The translations under genes were made by a program, and so were the position numbers. The notes under the pieces were generated by a model. That model worked only from the letters and a program-made list of their open reading frames with translations. It searched no databases and was not told where the DNA came from. This document shows positions 11,871-19,717 of a stretch of 32,000 nucleotides of DNA, piece after piece. The stretch covers positions 2,880,001 to 2,912,000 of the forward strand of contig NC_014972.1 of assembly GCF_000186885.1 (NCBI RefSeq), read 5' to 3'. Positions within the stretch are counted from its first letter, which is position 1, and each line of letters starts with the position of its first letter. Source of the DNA: Desulfobulbus propionicus DSM 2032. GTDB taxonomy: Bacteria; Desulfobacterota; Desulfobulbia; Desulfobulbales; Desulfobulbaceae.

Positions 11871-13097
11871 ATGAAGCGGATTCAGGTAGCGGTCAGTGCC
11901 TTGGCCCTGGCGGCCATCATGTCCGGCCTCGCGGCGGCAGAGCAGGCCCAGACCCTGGAGGAACTGGTGCGAAGGTATGACGCGTCGAGCTGCAAGGAGT
12001 GCCACCAGGAGATCTACAGCCAATGGGAGCAGTCGCTCCATGCCAAACCGATGCTCGGTCCCATCGGCCGGACGCTCGCCACCTTCCAGGGCTATGTCAA
12101 TTCCCGCGACACCGAGTTGAACAAGTCGCACGAGGTGGCGCCGGGGATGAAGGAATTTCTCAAGCCCTGCGTCGAATGCCATCTCCCGCAGATGATGGAC
12201 GCCTCCGAGGCGGTGGCCGGTGAAATCGCCAAGGCCATTGTCGACGGCGACGAGGAAGTGCTGAACACGCTGCGGATCACCTGCATTGTCTGCCACAACC
12301 GCAACGCCATCCTGCGCAAGTTCCGCGACGGCGCCCCCCAGCCGAACACGGTCTACGGCCCCAAATATGCCGGCCCGCACGGGGATACGAAATTCACCAC
12401 CGCCGCCAGGAGCGAGATGCTGCGCGACACGGTCTTCTGTGCCCAATGTCACCAGGGGCCCAATGTGCAACACTACGACGAGCCGATGTGGTGCACCTCG
12501 ACCTTTGACAGCCATCAGCACTTCTATGTGCCCATGGGCGGGACCGAGTCCTGCCAGGACTGCCACATGCGCAAGGACGGCGGCCACCGCTTCCCGCCCA
12601 ACTACCAGGATCCGGTCCAGACCGGCAAGCGGCTCAAGGAGTGGATCGACCTCAACCTCAGTGCCATCGCCTACCGGATGAAGCCCAATGCTAAGGAGCT
12701 GCTCCCCCTGGTGGTGATCAACAGCGAGGTGGTGAGCCGCATCGGTCACCGCTTCCCCGATGGCTGCCCGTCGCCCAACCGGGTGACCCTGGACATCAAG
12801 GTCAGCTCCAAGGACGGCAAGGAGCTGTACAGCGACACCAAGACCTACATGCCGCAGCACAAGCTGGGCTACGACGAGCACACCATGGTCTACGCGGCTA
12901 ACCGCAAGCTGACTTTGCTCCGTGACACCAGCCTGCACCCCTTTGTATCCAGAAAGGAGACCATCGAGGTCAAGCTGCCCGAGGGCGTGGAGGAGGCGGT
13001 GGTGGAAGCGACCCTCACTTTCCGCCAGCTGCCCGGCGTGCCCGAGGCCGAATTCCCCATCCACACCGTGCGCCGCGAGGTCAGCCTCAAGCGGTAG
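11871..13097 (+). CDS. Periplasmic pentahaem c-type cytochrome with a haem-free C-terminal domain
   Basis: AAGGAGG RBS. Signal peptide 'MKRIQVAVSALALAAIMSGLAAA'. Five CXXCH motifs (CKECH, CVECH, CIVCH, CAQCH, CQDCH) in the first ~235 aa. The last ~170 aa lack haem motifs. Confidence 0.9.
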   Translation: MKRIQVAVSALALAAIMSGLAAAEQAQTLEELVRRYDASSCKECHQEIYSQWEQSLHAKPMLGPIGRTLATFQGYVNSRDTELNKSHEVAPGMKEFLKPCVECHLPQMMDASEAVAGEIAKAIVDGDEEVLNTLRITCIVCHNRNAILRKFRDGAPQPNTVYGPKYAGPHGDTKFTTAARSEMLRDTVFCAQCHQGPNVQHYDEPMWCTSTFDSHQHFYVPMGGTESCQDCHMRKDGGHRFPPNYQDPVQTGKRLKEWIDLNLSAIAYRMKPNAKELLPLVVINSEVVSRIGHRFPDGCPSPNRVTLDIKVSSKDGKELYSDTKTYMPQHKLGYDEHTMVYAANRKLTLLRDTSLHPFVSRKETIEVKLPEGVEEAVVEATLTFRQLPGVPEAEFPIHTVRREVSLKR

Positions 13098-13117
13098 CAT
13101 CGTCGGACCGCGCAACC

Positions 13118-13147
13118 AAAAAAAAGCCCGGCAGACTGCTGCCGGGC
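13118..13147 (-). terminator. Rho-independent terminator (minus strand; possibly bidirectional)
   Basis: Perfect 9-bp stem 'gcccggcag'/'ctgccgggc' (13126-13147) with a 4-nt loop. On the minus strand it is followed by an 8-U tract (A8 at 13118-13125 on the + strand). It sits 35 nt downstream of the diguanylate cyclase stop and 29 nt after the cytochrome stop. Confidence 0.8.
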
Positions 13148-13181
13148 CTCAAATTCTGCCTCTTCGGACCGCCGAATTTTC

Positions 13182-15503
13182 TTACCCTCGCATCGGTGGA
13201 AGAGCAACGTTCTCCTCTCCACTCGCCGTCGCCTCCATCCCCTGCTCCTGGAGAAAATGGCCCAAGGCAAGATCCTCGGCCAGGATATGTTCGAGCAGCC
13301 AGGCTTCGAGCAGGGAAAACATGAACTGATCGCCGCCCTTGAAGATCTCGCCTCTGAAGTTGTCCACCTCGGCCAGCAGGTAGTCGTGGGCCGCGTCGTG
13401 ACCGGCCTGCCGGGGATAGCCATACCGCTGCATGAGCGCGTGTTCGGTGGCGAAATGCTGGGCGGTGGCCCCGGCCAATTCGTGGAACAACCGTTCCATG
13501 GCGGCTTGATCGCCGTGCGTTCGTGCCGCGTCCAGCAAGCGGTTGACCAGCAGCACCAACCCCTCGTGCTGACGGTCGATCTCGGCCACCCCGACCAGAT
13601 GGCGGCTGTCGAGGACGATTGCGCCCGCGTTTTGGCAACCGTCGTCGGCAAACACCGTCTGATTTTTCCCCGCTTTCTTGGCCTGATACATGGCCGCGTC
13701 CGCCGCCATGAGCAAGGTATCCATGTCGATGCCGTCGTGGGGAAACAGACTGATGCCGATACTCGCGCCAACCCGGCAGGTTGTTCCGGAAGCAAGGGCA
13801 ATATCGGGCGCCACCGCCTCGAGCAGATTTTGGGCCACCAGGCCCGCCTCATCCGCGCGGTTCAACTCATTGAGCACAATGACAAATTCGTCGCCGCCAG
13901 TGCGCGCGACCGTATCCGTTGCCCTGACCCTGGCAAGAAACCGCTCGGCAATGGTTTTCAACACAAGATCGCCGGCATCGTGGCCGTACTGGTCGTTCAC
14001 CCCCTTGAAGCCGTCGAGATCGATGAACAGAATTGCCACCATGGTCTGTTTGCGCCGGGCATTGAACAGGGCCTGGGACAAACGGTCAAACAGCAGCGCC
14101 CTGTTGGCCAGCCCCGTCAGACGGTCATGATAGGCCATCTGCTCAAGGGTGCGTTCCAGTTCCTGCCGTTGGGTGACATCCTGGGCCGCCGCGTAGATGC
14201 AGCCGTCGCGGGCCGCGGCATGCCATTCGATGAACCGGTACATCCCATTTTTATGCCGGAACCGGGCCACGAAATTGGTGATCGTCCGGCCCTGGACCAG
14301 TTCGGCAATCCTGGCCTTGGTCGCCTCCCGGTCCTGGGGATGGATGAAATCGAGGCAGGAGAGGCCCTCGAGTTCCGTGGAAGCATACCCCAGCCACTTT
14401 TCCCAGGCCGGGTTGAGCTTGCGGAAGGTTCCTTGCAGATCGCCGATGCCAAGCAGGCTGGGCGCCAGGGTGAACAGGGTTTCCAACTCCGACTGGATCG
14501 CGCGCAGTTGTGCTTCCCGCTCCTCGATGGCCCTGAGGGCCAGCCGCCGGCGATGCTGGACGACAGCGAGACCGGCGATGCCGCCAAGCACCAACAGGCC
14601 GTAGATCAGCAGCGATCGCCACAGACCATGCCACCAAGGCGCGTAGACCGCCTCCAGGTTGCGGCCGACAGCGATGATCAACGGCCCGTCCATGTGCAAT
14701 TCCGCCGGCTGGACCCGGTGCAGCGCGACCATGGAAGGCTCGCCGGTGGCACGGCTCGTCCCCTCCAGCACGGCCGCGTCTAGTCCGCTTTCCAGGAATC
14801 GGGTGAACAAGGTACCGGGCAAGGCCAGACTCTTGCCGACCACATCGCCCCTCTCCGGTTCCCATACAAACAGCGTGCCGTTGCCGTGAACAAAGGCCAC
14901 CCACGCATCGGCGGCATAGCGGACCGATCCGAGCAGCACCGCCAGCGCCTTGGGGTCGAGGGCGGCGGACACCACGCCGGCGAATTCGCCGCTTTGTCCG
15001 GCAAGCGCATAGGTCAGATTCAGCAGCCACGGGCCGGAAACACTTTGGTACGGCGGACTGACATACAAGGTGTCGCGATCGGGATGGCGCATCGGCACTT
15101 GCAGATACTGCCGCTGGGGCAGAATCTGGCCGATGAGTTCGTCCCTGGCCGCGGTCACAATCTTGCCCGCGGGGTCCATGACCAGGATACCGCGCACACT
15201 GGGCATGGCGTCGACCAGGGTCTTGAGGCGCTCCCGACAGACCGCCACCGCATCCTCACGGGCAAGCCACCCGGGGCGCAACCCGCCGCGAACATTGTCC
15301 AACGTGGCGCCGATGGAGAACAGGTGATGGCTCAGCACATCGCTGGTCACGGTGGCGGCGGTGGCAAGACGCTGCCGCTCGTTGTCCGTGATGTGCGCAT
15401 GGTCGTGAACGTTGGTGTAGGCAAACACCGCGCCGATGACCAGCACGCAGACAGCGAAAATCAGCCATTCACTCACAAAAGGCCTTCGTCGTGTACTGGC
15501 CAT
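13182..15503 (-). CDS. Membrane sensor diguanylate cyclase: TM-periplasmic Cache-like domain-TM-PAS-GGDEF-hemerythrin
   Basis: 773 aa, GGGAGGAG RBS. Two TM segments flank a ~260-aa periplasmic domain. GGDEF 'RTGGDEFVIVL' with I-site 'RATD' 5 residues upstream. The C-terminal ~135 aa carry the full hemerythrin ligand pattern: 'IDRQH', 'QHFATEH' (HxxxE), 'HDAAH' (HxxxH), 'EHILAED' (HxxxxD). Confidence 0.9.
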   Translation of the reverse strand: MASTRRRPFVSEWLIFAVCVLVIGAVFAYTNVHDHAHITDNERQRLATAATVTSDVLSHHLFSIGATLDNVRGGLRPGWLAREDAVAVCRERLKTLVDAMPSVRGILVMDPAGKIVTAARDELIGQILPQRQYLQVPMRHPDRDTLYVSPPYQSVSGPWLLNLTYALAGQSGEFAGVVSAALDPKALAVLLGSVRYAADAWVAFVHGNGTLFVWEPERGDVVGKSLALPGTLFTRFLESGLDAAVLEGTSRATGEPSMVALHRVQPAELHMDGPLIIAVGRNLEAVYAPWWHGLWRSLLIYGLLVLGGIAGLAVVQHRRRLALRAIEEREAQLRAIQSELETLFTLAPSLLGIGDLQGTFRKLNPAWEKWLGYASTELEGLSCLDFIHPQDREATKARIAELVQGRTITNFVARFRHKNGMYRFIEWHAAARDGCIYAAAQDVTQRQELERTLEQMAYHDRLTGLANRALLFDRLSQALFNARRKQTMVAILFIDLDGFKGVNDQYGHDAGDLVLKTIAERFLARVRATDTVARTGGDEFVIVLNELNRADEAGLVAQNLLEAVAPDIALASGTTCRVGASIGISLFPHDGIDMDTLLMAADAAMYQAKKAGKNQTVFADDGCQNAGAIVLDSRHLVGVAEIDRQHEGLVLLVNRLLDAARTHGDQAAMERLFHELAGATAQHFATEHALMQRYGYPRQAGHDAAHDYLLAEVDNFRGEIFKGGDQFMFSLLEAWLLEHILAEDLALGHFLQEQGMEATASGEENVALPPMRG

Positions 15504-15756
15504 GGTGTCGCTCCTCCCGCATGCACATCGTCCTGGTCAACCGCCTCTGGAAAAGCAGGACAGCACGTTTTTGCATCAGCCCCTCCAAACAGGCCCACGC
15601 TACCCAATCCCGGCCGCACAAGCAACCTCATCCTTGTCCAGGCACCACAAAACCGGGAAAGATGCGAAACCAGCGCACGAGTGGGGTGACGCGGCCACGG
15701 CAAGGAAGGCGGCCGCTCGTTCCCCGAGAGGCGCATCGAAGAAGCCGCGTCGCCTC

Positions 15757-17749
15757 CTAGCCGGCAAACACCGTGTATTTCCCCTTGCCACTGTTCTTGG
15801 CCCGATACATCGCCAGGTCGGCTTTGCGCACCAGGTCTTCGGCGCTGTCGACGTTGGGGACGCTCAGGGCGACGCCCATGCTGCCGCCAACCAGCAATTC
15901 ATGTCCTCCATGGGAAAACGGGGTCTGCAGAGAATGGAGGACCCGCTCAGCCAGTGGCAACACCTGTTCAAGAGTGCTCACTCCTTCGACCAGGACGGTG
16001 AATTCGTCACCGCCAAGGCGGGCGGCGGTATCCTCGCGGCGCAGAGAGCCTTGCACCCGATCCGCCACGAGGCGCAGCACCTGATCGCCGCAGGCATGGC
16101 CAAGGGTATCGTTGATCTGCTTGAAATTGTCCAGATCAAAAAAGAAAACCGCCACCGACAGCCCCTGGGCATCGGCACGGGTCAGGGCGCGTCGCAGCCG
16201 GTTCATGAAACAGGCCCGATTGGCCAAGCCGGTCAGAGGATCGTGAAAGGCCAGTTTGGTCAACTCGGATTCATACACCTTCCGTTCGGTGACGTCGTGA
16301 TAGGTGGCCACCATGCCCGAGATGGCCGGGTCATCGAGCAGGTTGACCAGGACGACTTCAAAATACCGCCAGCCGCCTTTGCCCTGCCGCAGCCGCACCA
16401 CGCCGTTGAGGGTCAGGCCGGGGCGCATTCCTGCCTGGACGAGCAGTCCCTGCATGATGGTCCTGTCCTCCGCATGAACATGGTCAAGCACGCTGCGCCC
16501 CTGCAGGGTTGCAGCCGCACAGCCCCACATGGCCTCGGCCGCCGGACTGACATAGTCAATGTCGCCGTCGACGGAGAGCACGGCGATAATGTCGGACACA
16601 CTGCGGATCAAGGCGCTGAAGCGTTCTTCACGTGTGCGCAGCGCTTTCTCGGCCCGCATCCGTTCGAACAGCTCCCTACAGACCGCCTGGTACAGGTGGG
16701 CATTGACCAGGGCCGCCGAGATCTGGCCACCGTAGAGCATGGCCATCTGCTGGGTGTGGGCCGGATAGGCGATGAGGGGAGAGCGCAGGGCAAAGAGAAC
16801 GCCGCGGATCAATTCCTGGTGATGGAGGGGAACGGCCAAGAGGGTCCGCACCGGAGCAAGAGCCGTGGGCGGCAGCGAAGCCTCCAGCAGCAAGGTGGTG
16901 AGATCGGTCGTGCCAAACGGCTCGTCCTTTTCCAAGTAAGGGGACGATATCAGGTATCCGGCGAGCTGGGTCAAGGTATCGGTGGATACCTGAACCAGCC
17001 CGGTGTGCGCCTCGCAGCGAAGCGATCCGGACCCATCGCGCAGGATCAGGGCCGAGGCGTCGGCTCCCGACGATGCGTGGCAGCATGTGTACCGCCTCAC
17101 CGGCGAGGACAGTTATTTCAAGATGCTGACCAATGACCCGGTTGCTCTGCACGATCAGTTCAAACTGGACGTTGCGTTGCGCCTCTTCAAGCGCCAGACC
17201 TATCCGATGGGTCATGGCCAGCAGCAGATCGACATCGGTGCTGGCAAAGGGTTCGGGACGGCAGCGACCAAGCAGGAGGACGCCCTCGGCGGCGTGATTG
17301 CCGCCCACTGGCAGGCCGACCATGGTTTCGACCCCAAGTTCACGCAGCTGGCTGTCGACTTTCGGGTCGGTGGCCGCTTGGTCCGCCAGGACAGGGGTCT
17401 TGGCACGAATCACGGATTGTACATGTCCCTGCTCCTCGTCCGAAAAAGGCAGCTCCAGCATATCCTCCGGCAGGCCGATGGCCGCCAGAGGCGCGAATGT
17501 CCCTGTTCCAGCCGGGTCGAGAAGGACGACCACATCGGCGCAAAACAGCTCCGACAACATGGAGAGGACCCGGTCGAGCACCAGCGACAGCGGTCCCGGT
17601 TCACTGAGGATGGTCAACAGACGGGTCAGGCGGGTAGTATCGCGCACCGCCTCCCTCGCGGCCCGCAGGGCGCTGTCCCGGGCCATACGCAAACTGACGG
17701 GATGATCCATGGAGAGAGCCGCCGGGAATCGAACAATATTCGAGTGCAC
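15757..17749 (-). pseudogene. GAF-GAF-PAS-GGDEF diguanylate cyclase split into two overlapping ORFs (17749-16676 and 17100-15757) by an apparent +1-nt frameshift
   Basis: The upstream ORF encodes a clean GAF domain for ~228 codons and then degenerates into an R/P/G-rich tail. The downstream ORF opens just after a TAA, inside what reads as the first helix of a second GAF domain, and continues with PAS and an intact GGDEF ('RLGGDEFTVLV', I-site 'RRED'). Deleting one G of the GGG run (CCC at 17066-17068 on the + strand) gives a continuous '...LAGEAVHMLPRIVGADASALILRDGSGSL...' and a ~663-aa protein. Confidence 0.6.
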
Positions 17750-17760
17750 GGGTTCTTCCC

Positions 17761-18927
17761 CTAAAGAACAAGTGCCGTCAGCGTGGCGTTGTGGGTAGCG
17801 AGCACGCCGGCCGTTCGGGCAAACTCGCCGCAGCAGTAAAAACCAAAGGTCGGCGTCCCTCCGGCGGCTTCCTGTAATAGGCGGACTTCCTCGGCGACCC
17901 GGTCGCCAAAAATTTTTGCCCTGGCGGCGCAGTTGAACAGCAGCACCACCCCGGGGTCGGGATGGCCGTTGAGCGCCGACTCAACCACCTCGCCGGTGAT
18001 AGTAAGCAGGGATTCGATCGAACTGCCCATCACCTGAACGGCGCTCCCCGGCGGCGGCACGCATCCCTGAATGCGCAGCGCGCCCTGCTCGTTCTTGGAA
18101 CGGGCAACGCGGATGATCGCCGTGCCGTCGGATTGGAGCAGGCCAAAGGGATGCAGCATGGACGTATCCCAAAAATTCTCAACGCTCAGCTGCCCCGGAG
18201 CAATTCCGAGTTGGTCCTCATAGGCGATAGCCGCCGGCCGGCCGCCCAACTCGACGATTTCCGTGTCGTCGGTGCGGGTGACCAACAGGGGCACGCCGAC
18301 CGGTTCCCAGCCGTGGCGGCACCCCACCGGCAGGGGAAATTCGCTGGCGATCCACAGGGCCACGGCCCCGCCCTCGAGCACCTGATCGTTGTGAAAGACA
18401 AAGGTGCGAACAAACCGCAGCTCGTCGTTGGCGGCACCGCCGGCTATCGACACCCGCGGTCCGGTCACCCGATACACCCCATGCACCAACTGCTGAAGGT
18501 TGCCGGCCAGACAATCGGCCAGCAGCAGGATGGCGGCATGCGGACTTGGCCCGGCCTCGGCCCGGCTCAGACGGGCAAGAGATTGACCAGCCTGTTCGAG
18601 GTTGCCCCTGATGGCCGGCTCCGAGGCCACGCCAAAGCGGTAGGGCCCGGCTGTCAGAGCCAAGACCGCCACGCCGCCGCCGACCCCCAAATGCTGCCCC
18701 AAAAAAATTTCACCGGCACCGGTGGCGCCGATGAGCGGCGTCGTGCCGGTGACGGCACGAATGCCTTTGAGCAGCACCGGCAGATCATACTGGGGAGTGG
18801 AGAACACCAGCACCACGGCCGGCGATTGTCCGCAGAGCCCGGTCACCGCGGCGCGAGCGGCTTCGCTCCCAGCGGCGAATGCGTCCATGAGGTGGCGGCT
18901 TGAACCGATACCGGCCTGAATCTTCAT
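17761..18927 (-). CDS. FIST (FIST_N + FIST_C) sensory domain protein
   Basis: I chose the ATG at 18927 (AAGGAG RBS 'gaaaaggagacgcATG'). 'MKIQAGIGSS...AVVLVFSTPQYD...LIGATGAGEI' and the C-terminal 'VLLFNCAARAKIFG...GFYCCGEFA' match the FIST N/C pattern. The stop lies 12 nt before the GTG of the downstream GAF-GGDEF gene. Confidence 0.85.
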   Translation of the reverse strand: MKIQAGIGSSRHLMDAFAAGSEAARAAVTGLCGQSPAVVLVFSTPQYDLPVLLKGIRAVTGTTPLIGATGAGEIFLGQHLGVGGGVAVLALTAGPYRFGVASEPAIRGNLEQAGQSLARLSRAEAGPSPHAAILLLADCLAGNLQQLVHGVYRVTGPRVSIAGGAANDELRFVRTFVFHNDQVLEGGAVALWIASEFPLPVGCRHGWEPVGVPLLVTRTDDTEIVELGGRPAAIAYEDQLGIAPGQLSVENFWDTSMLHPFGLLQSDGTAIIRVARSKNEQGALRIQGCVPPPGSAVQVMGSSIESLLTITGEVVESALNGHPDPGVVLLFNCAARAKIFGDRVAEEVRLLQEAAGGTPTFGFYCCGEFARTAGVLATHNATLTALVL

Positions 18928-18936
18928 GCGTCTCCT

Positions 18937-18959
18937 TTTCTTGGCACTCTTTCTTGGCA
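18937..18959 (-). repeat. Tandem 10-nt direct repeat immediately upstream of the FIST RBS
   Basis: On the + strand, 'tttcttggca ctc tttcttggca' (18937-18946 and 18950-18959). On the minus strand this is UGCCAAGAAA-GAG-UGCCAAGAAA followed directly by AGGAG-N5-AUG. Confidence 0.5.
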
Positions 18960-19111
18960 ATCATTGTGCACCACACCGTTGCACCTGGCGCGGCACTCTC
19001 GAAGCTCTTGCTAAGCAAAATTCATGCCCTCGGAGAAAGACGACACCTGTTCAAGGAGAACAACAAGTTACGGCCGCGTCATTGGCCATCCAGAAGAGAC
19101 GCCTGCGAAGA

Positions 19112-19162
19112 GTCCGAAAAAATCGGACAGAACAGCCGCAACCGTCCGAAAAAAGAGGACGG
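19112..19162. repeat. Two tandem short hairpins sharing the core GTCCGAAAAAA
   Basis: Hairpin 1 is GTCCG-aaaaaat-CGGAC (19112-19128). Hairpin 2 is CCGTCC-gaaaaaaga-GGACGG (19142-19162). An 11-nt exact direct repeat lies at 19112-19122 and 19144-19154. The region is intergenic, between the 19236 stop and the FIST start. Confidence 0.5.
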
Positions 19163-19235
19163 AGGAAAAGAGAGGCTGGATCCTGTGCGACACAACACAG
19201 AACACATCAACACTATCGATAGGTTCCGCGACCAA

Positions 19236-19622
19236 TCAATGGGCGGACCAGACAGTGAACAGCACAAAGCAACCAAGGACACCATGAATTGCCACGGCAA
19301 GCCGCTTCTGCCCGTCGAAGCCGCGTTTTGCAAGAACGTGTCGCGCGTGGGTCAGGGCCTCCGGATTGCCGTGTGCCGAATGCAACAGATCCTTGCGCAA
19401 CGCCTCGGCAACGGTGTACGAGCCCCAAAGCCCCAGGACATTCATCAGCGCGAATGCAAGATAGCCCACGGTGACCAGGAGTTTGAGTTCTTCCGCCACC
19501 ACCATGTTTCTCGACACGAGCCATCCGATGAGGGCGAGCAGTGCGCCTGTATAGAAATTCCAATAAAACTCGATCTTGCCCACCGCGGTGACAAACAACT
19601 GTGCAATATCTCTTGTTTCCAT
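19236..19622 (-). CDS. Small integral membrane protein, unknown function (128 aa)
   Basis: I chose the ATG at 19622 (GGAGGAG RBS). Three to four hydrophobic helices ('YTGALLALIGWLV', 'LLVTVGYLAFALMNVLGLW', 'AIHGVLGCFVLFTVW'). Locally AT-richer. Confidence 0.5.
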   Translation of the reverse strand: METRDIAQLFVTAVGKIEFYWNFYTGALLALIGWLVSRNMVVAEELKLLVTVGYLAFALMNVLGLWGSYTVAEALRKDLLHSAHGNPEALTHARHVLAKRGFDGQKRLAVAIHGVLGCFVLFTVWSAH

Positions 19623-19717
19623 CCGATCTCCTCCGCGGGTCACCCCCGTCTCGCGCCTCCTGTCGGCATCCGTTTCCACGGACCGGACTCGACGCCTCCA
19701 GACCGTCCCGCGCACGC

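Noticed and set aside
11682-13115. 477-aa minus-strand ORF antisense to the pentahaem cytochrome
   Set aside because: No motifs and antisense-type composition. The plus-strand frame carries five CXXCH motifs, a signal peptide and an RBS.
13257-14783. 508-aa plus-strand ORF antisense to the Cache-PAS-GGDEF-hemerythrin gene
   Set aside because: Shadow ORF. The minus-strand frame contains GGDEF and hemerythrin signatures.
16676-17065. C-terminal ~130 codons of the 357-aa ORF as a genuine protein tail overlapping the next gene
   Set aside because: The sequence is R/P/G/S-rich and featureless. The overlapping frame encodes a well-formed GAF domain, so this is best explained by a frameshift.
15436-17136. 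566-aa plus-strand ORF antisense to the GAF-PAS-GGDEF gene
   Set aside because: Shadow ORF. It spans an intergenic region and has no recognisable motif.
18941-18959. Sigma-54 promoter 'TGGCACtctttcTTGGCA' on the plus strand
   Set aside because: The spacing is off by one and the -12 element reads TTGG rather than TTGC. The orientation points away from any plus-strand gene. It is better explained as part of the tandem direct repeat.
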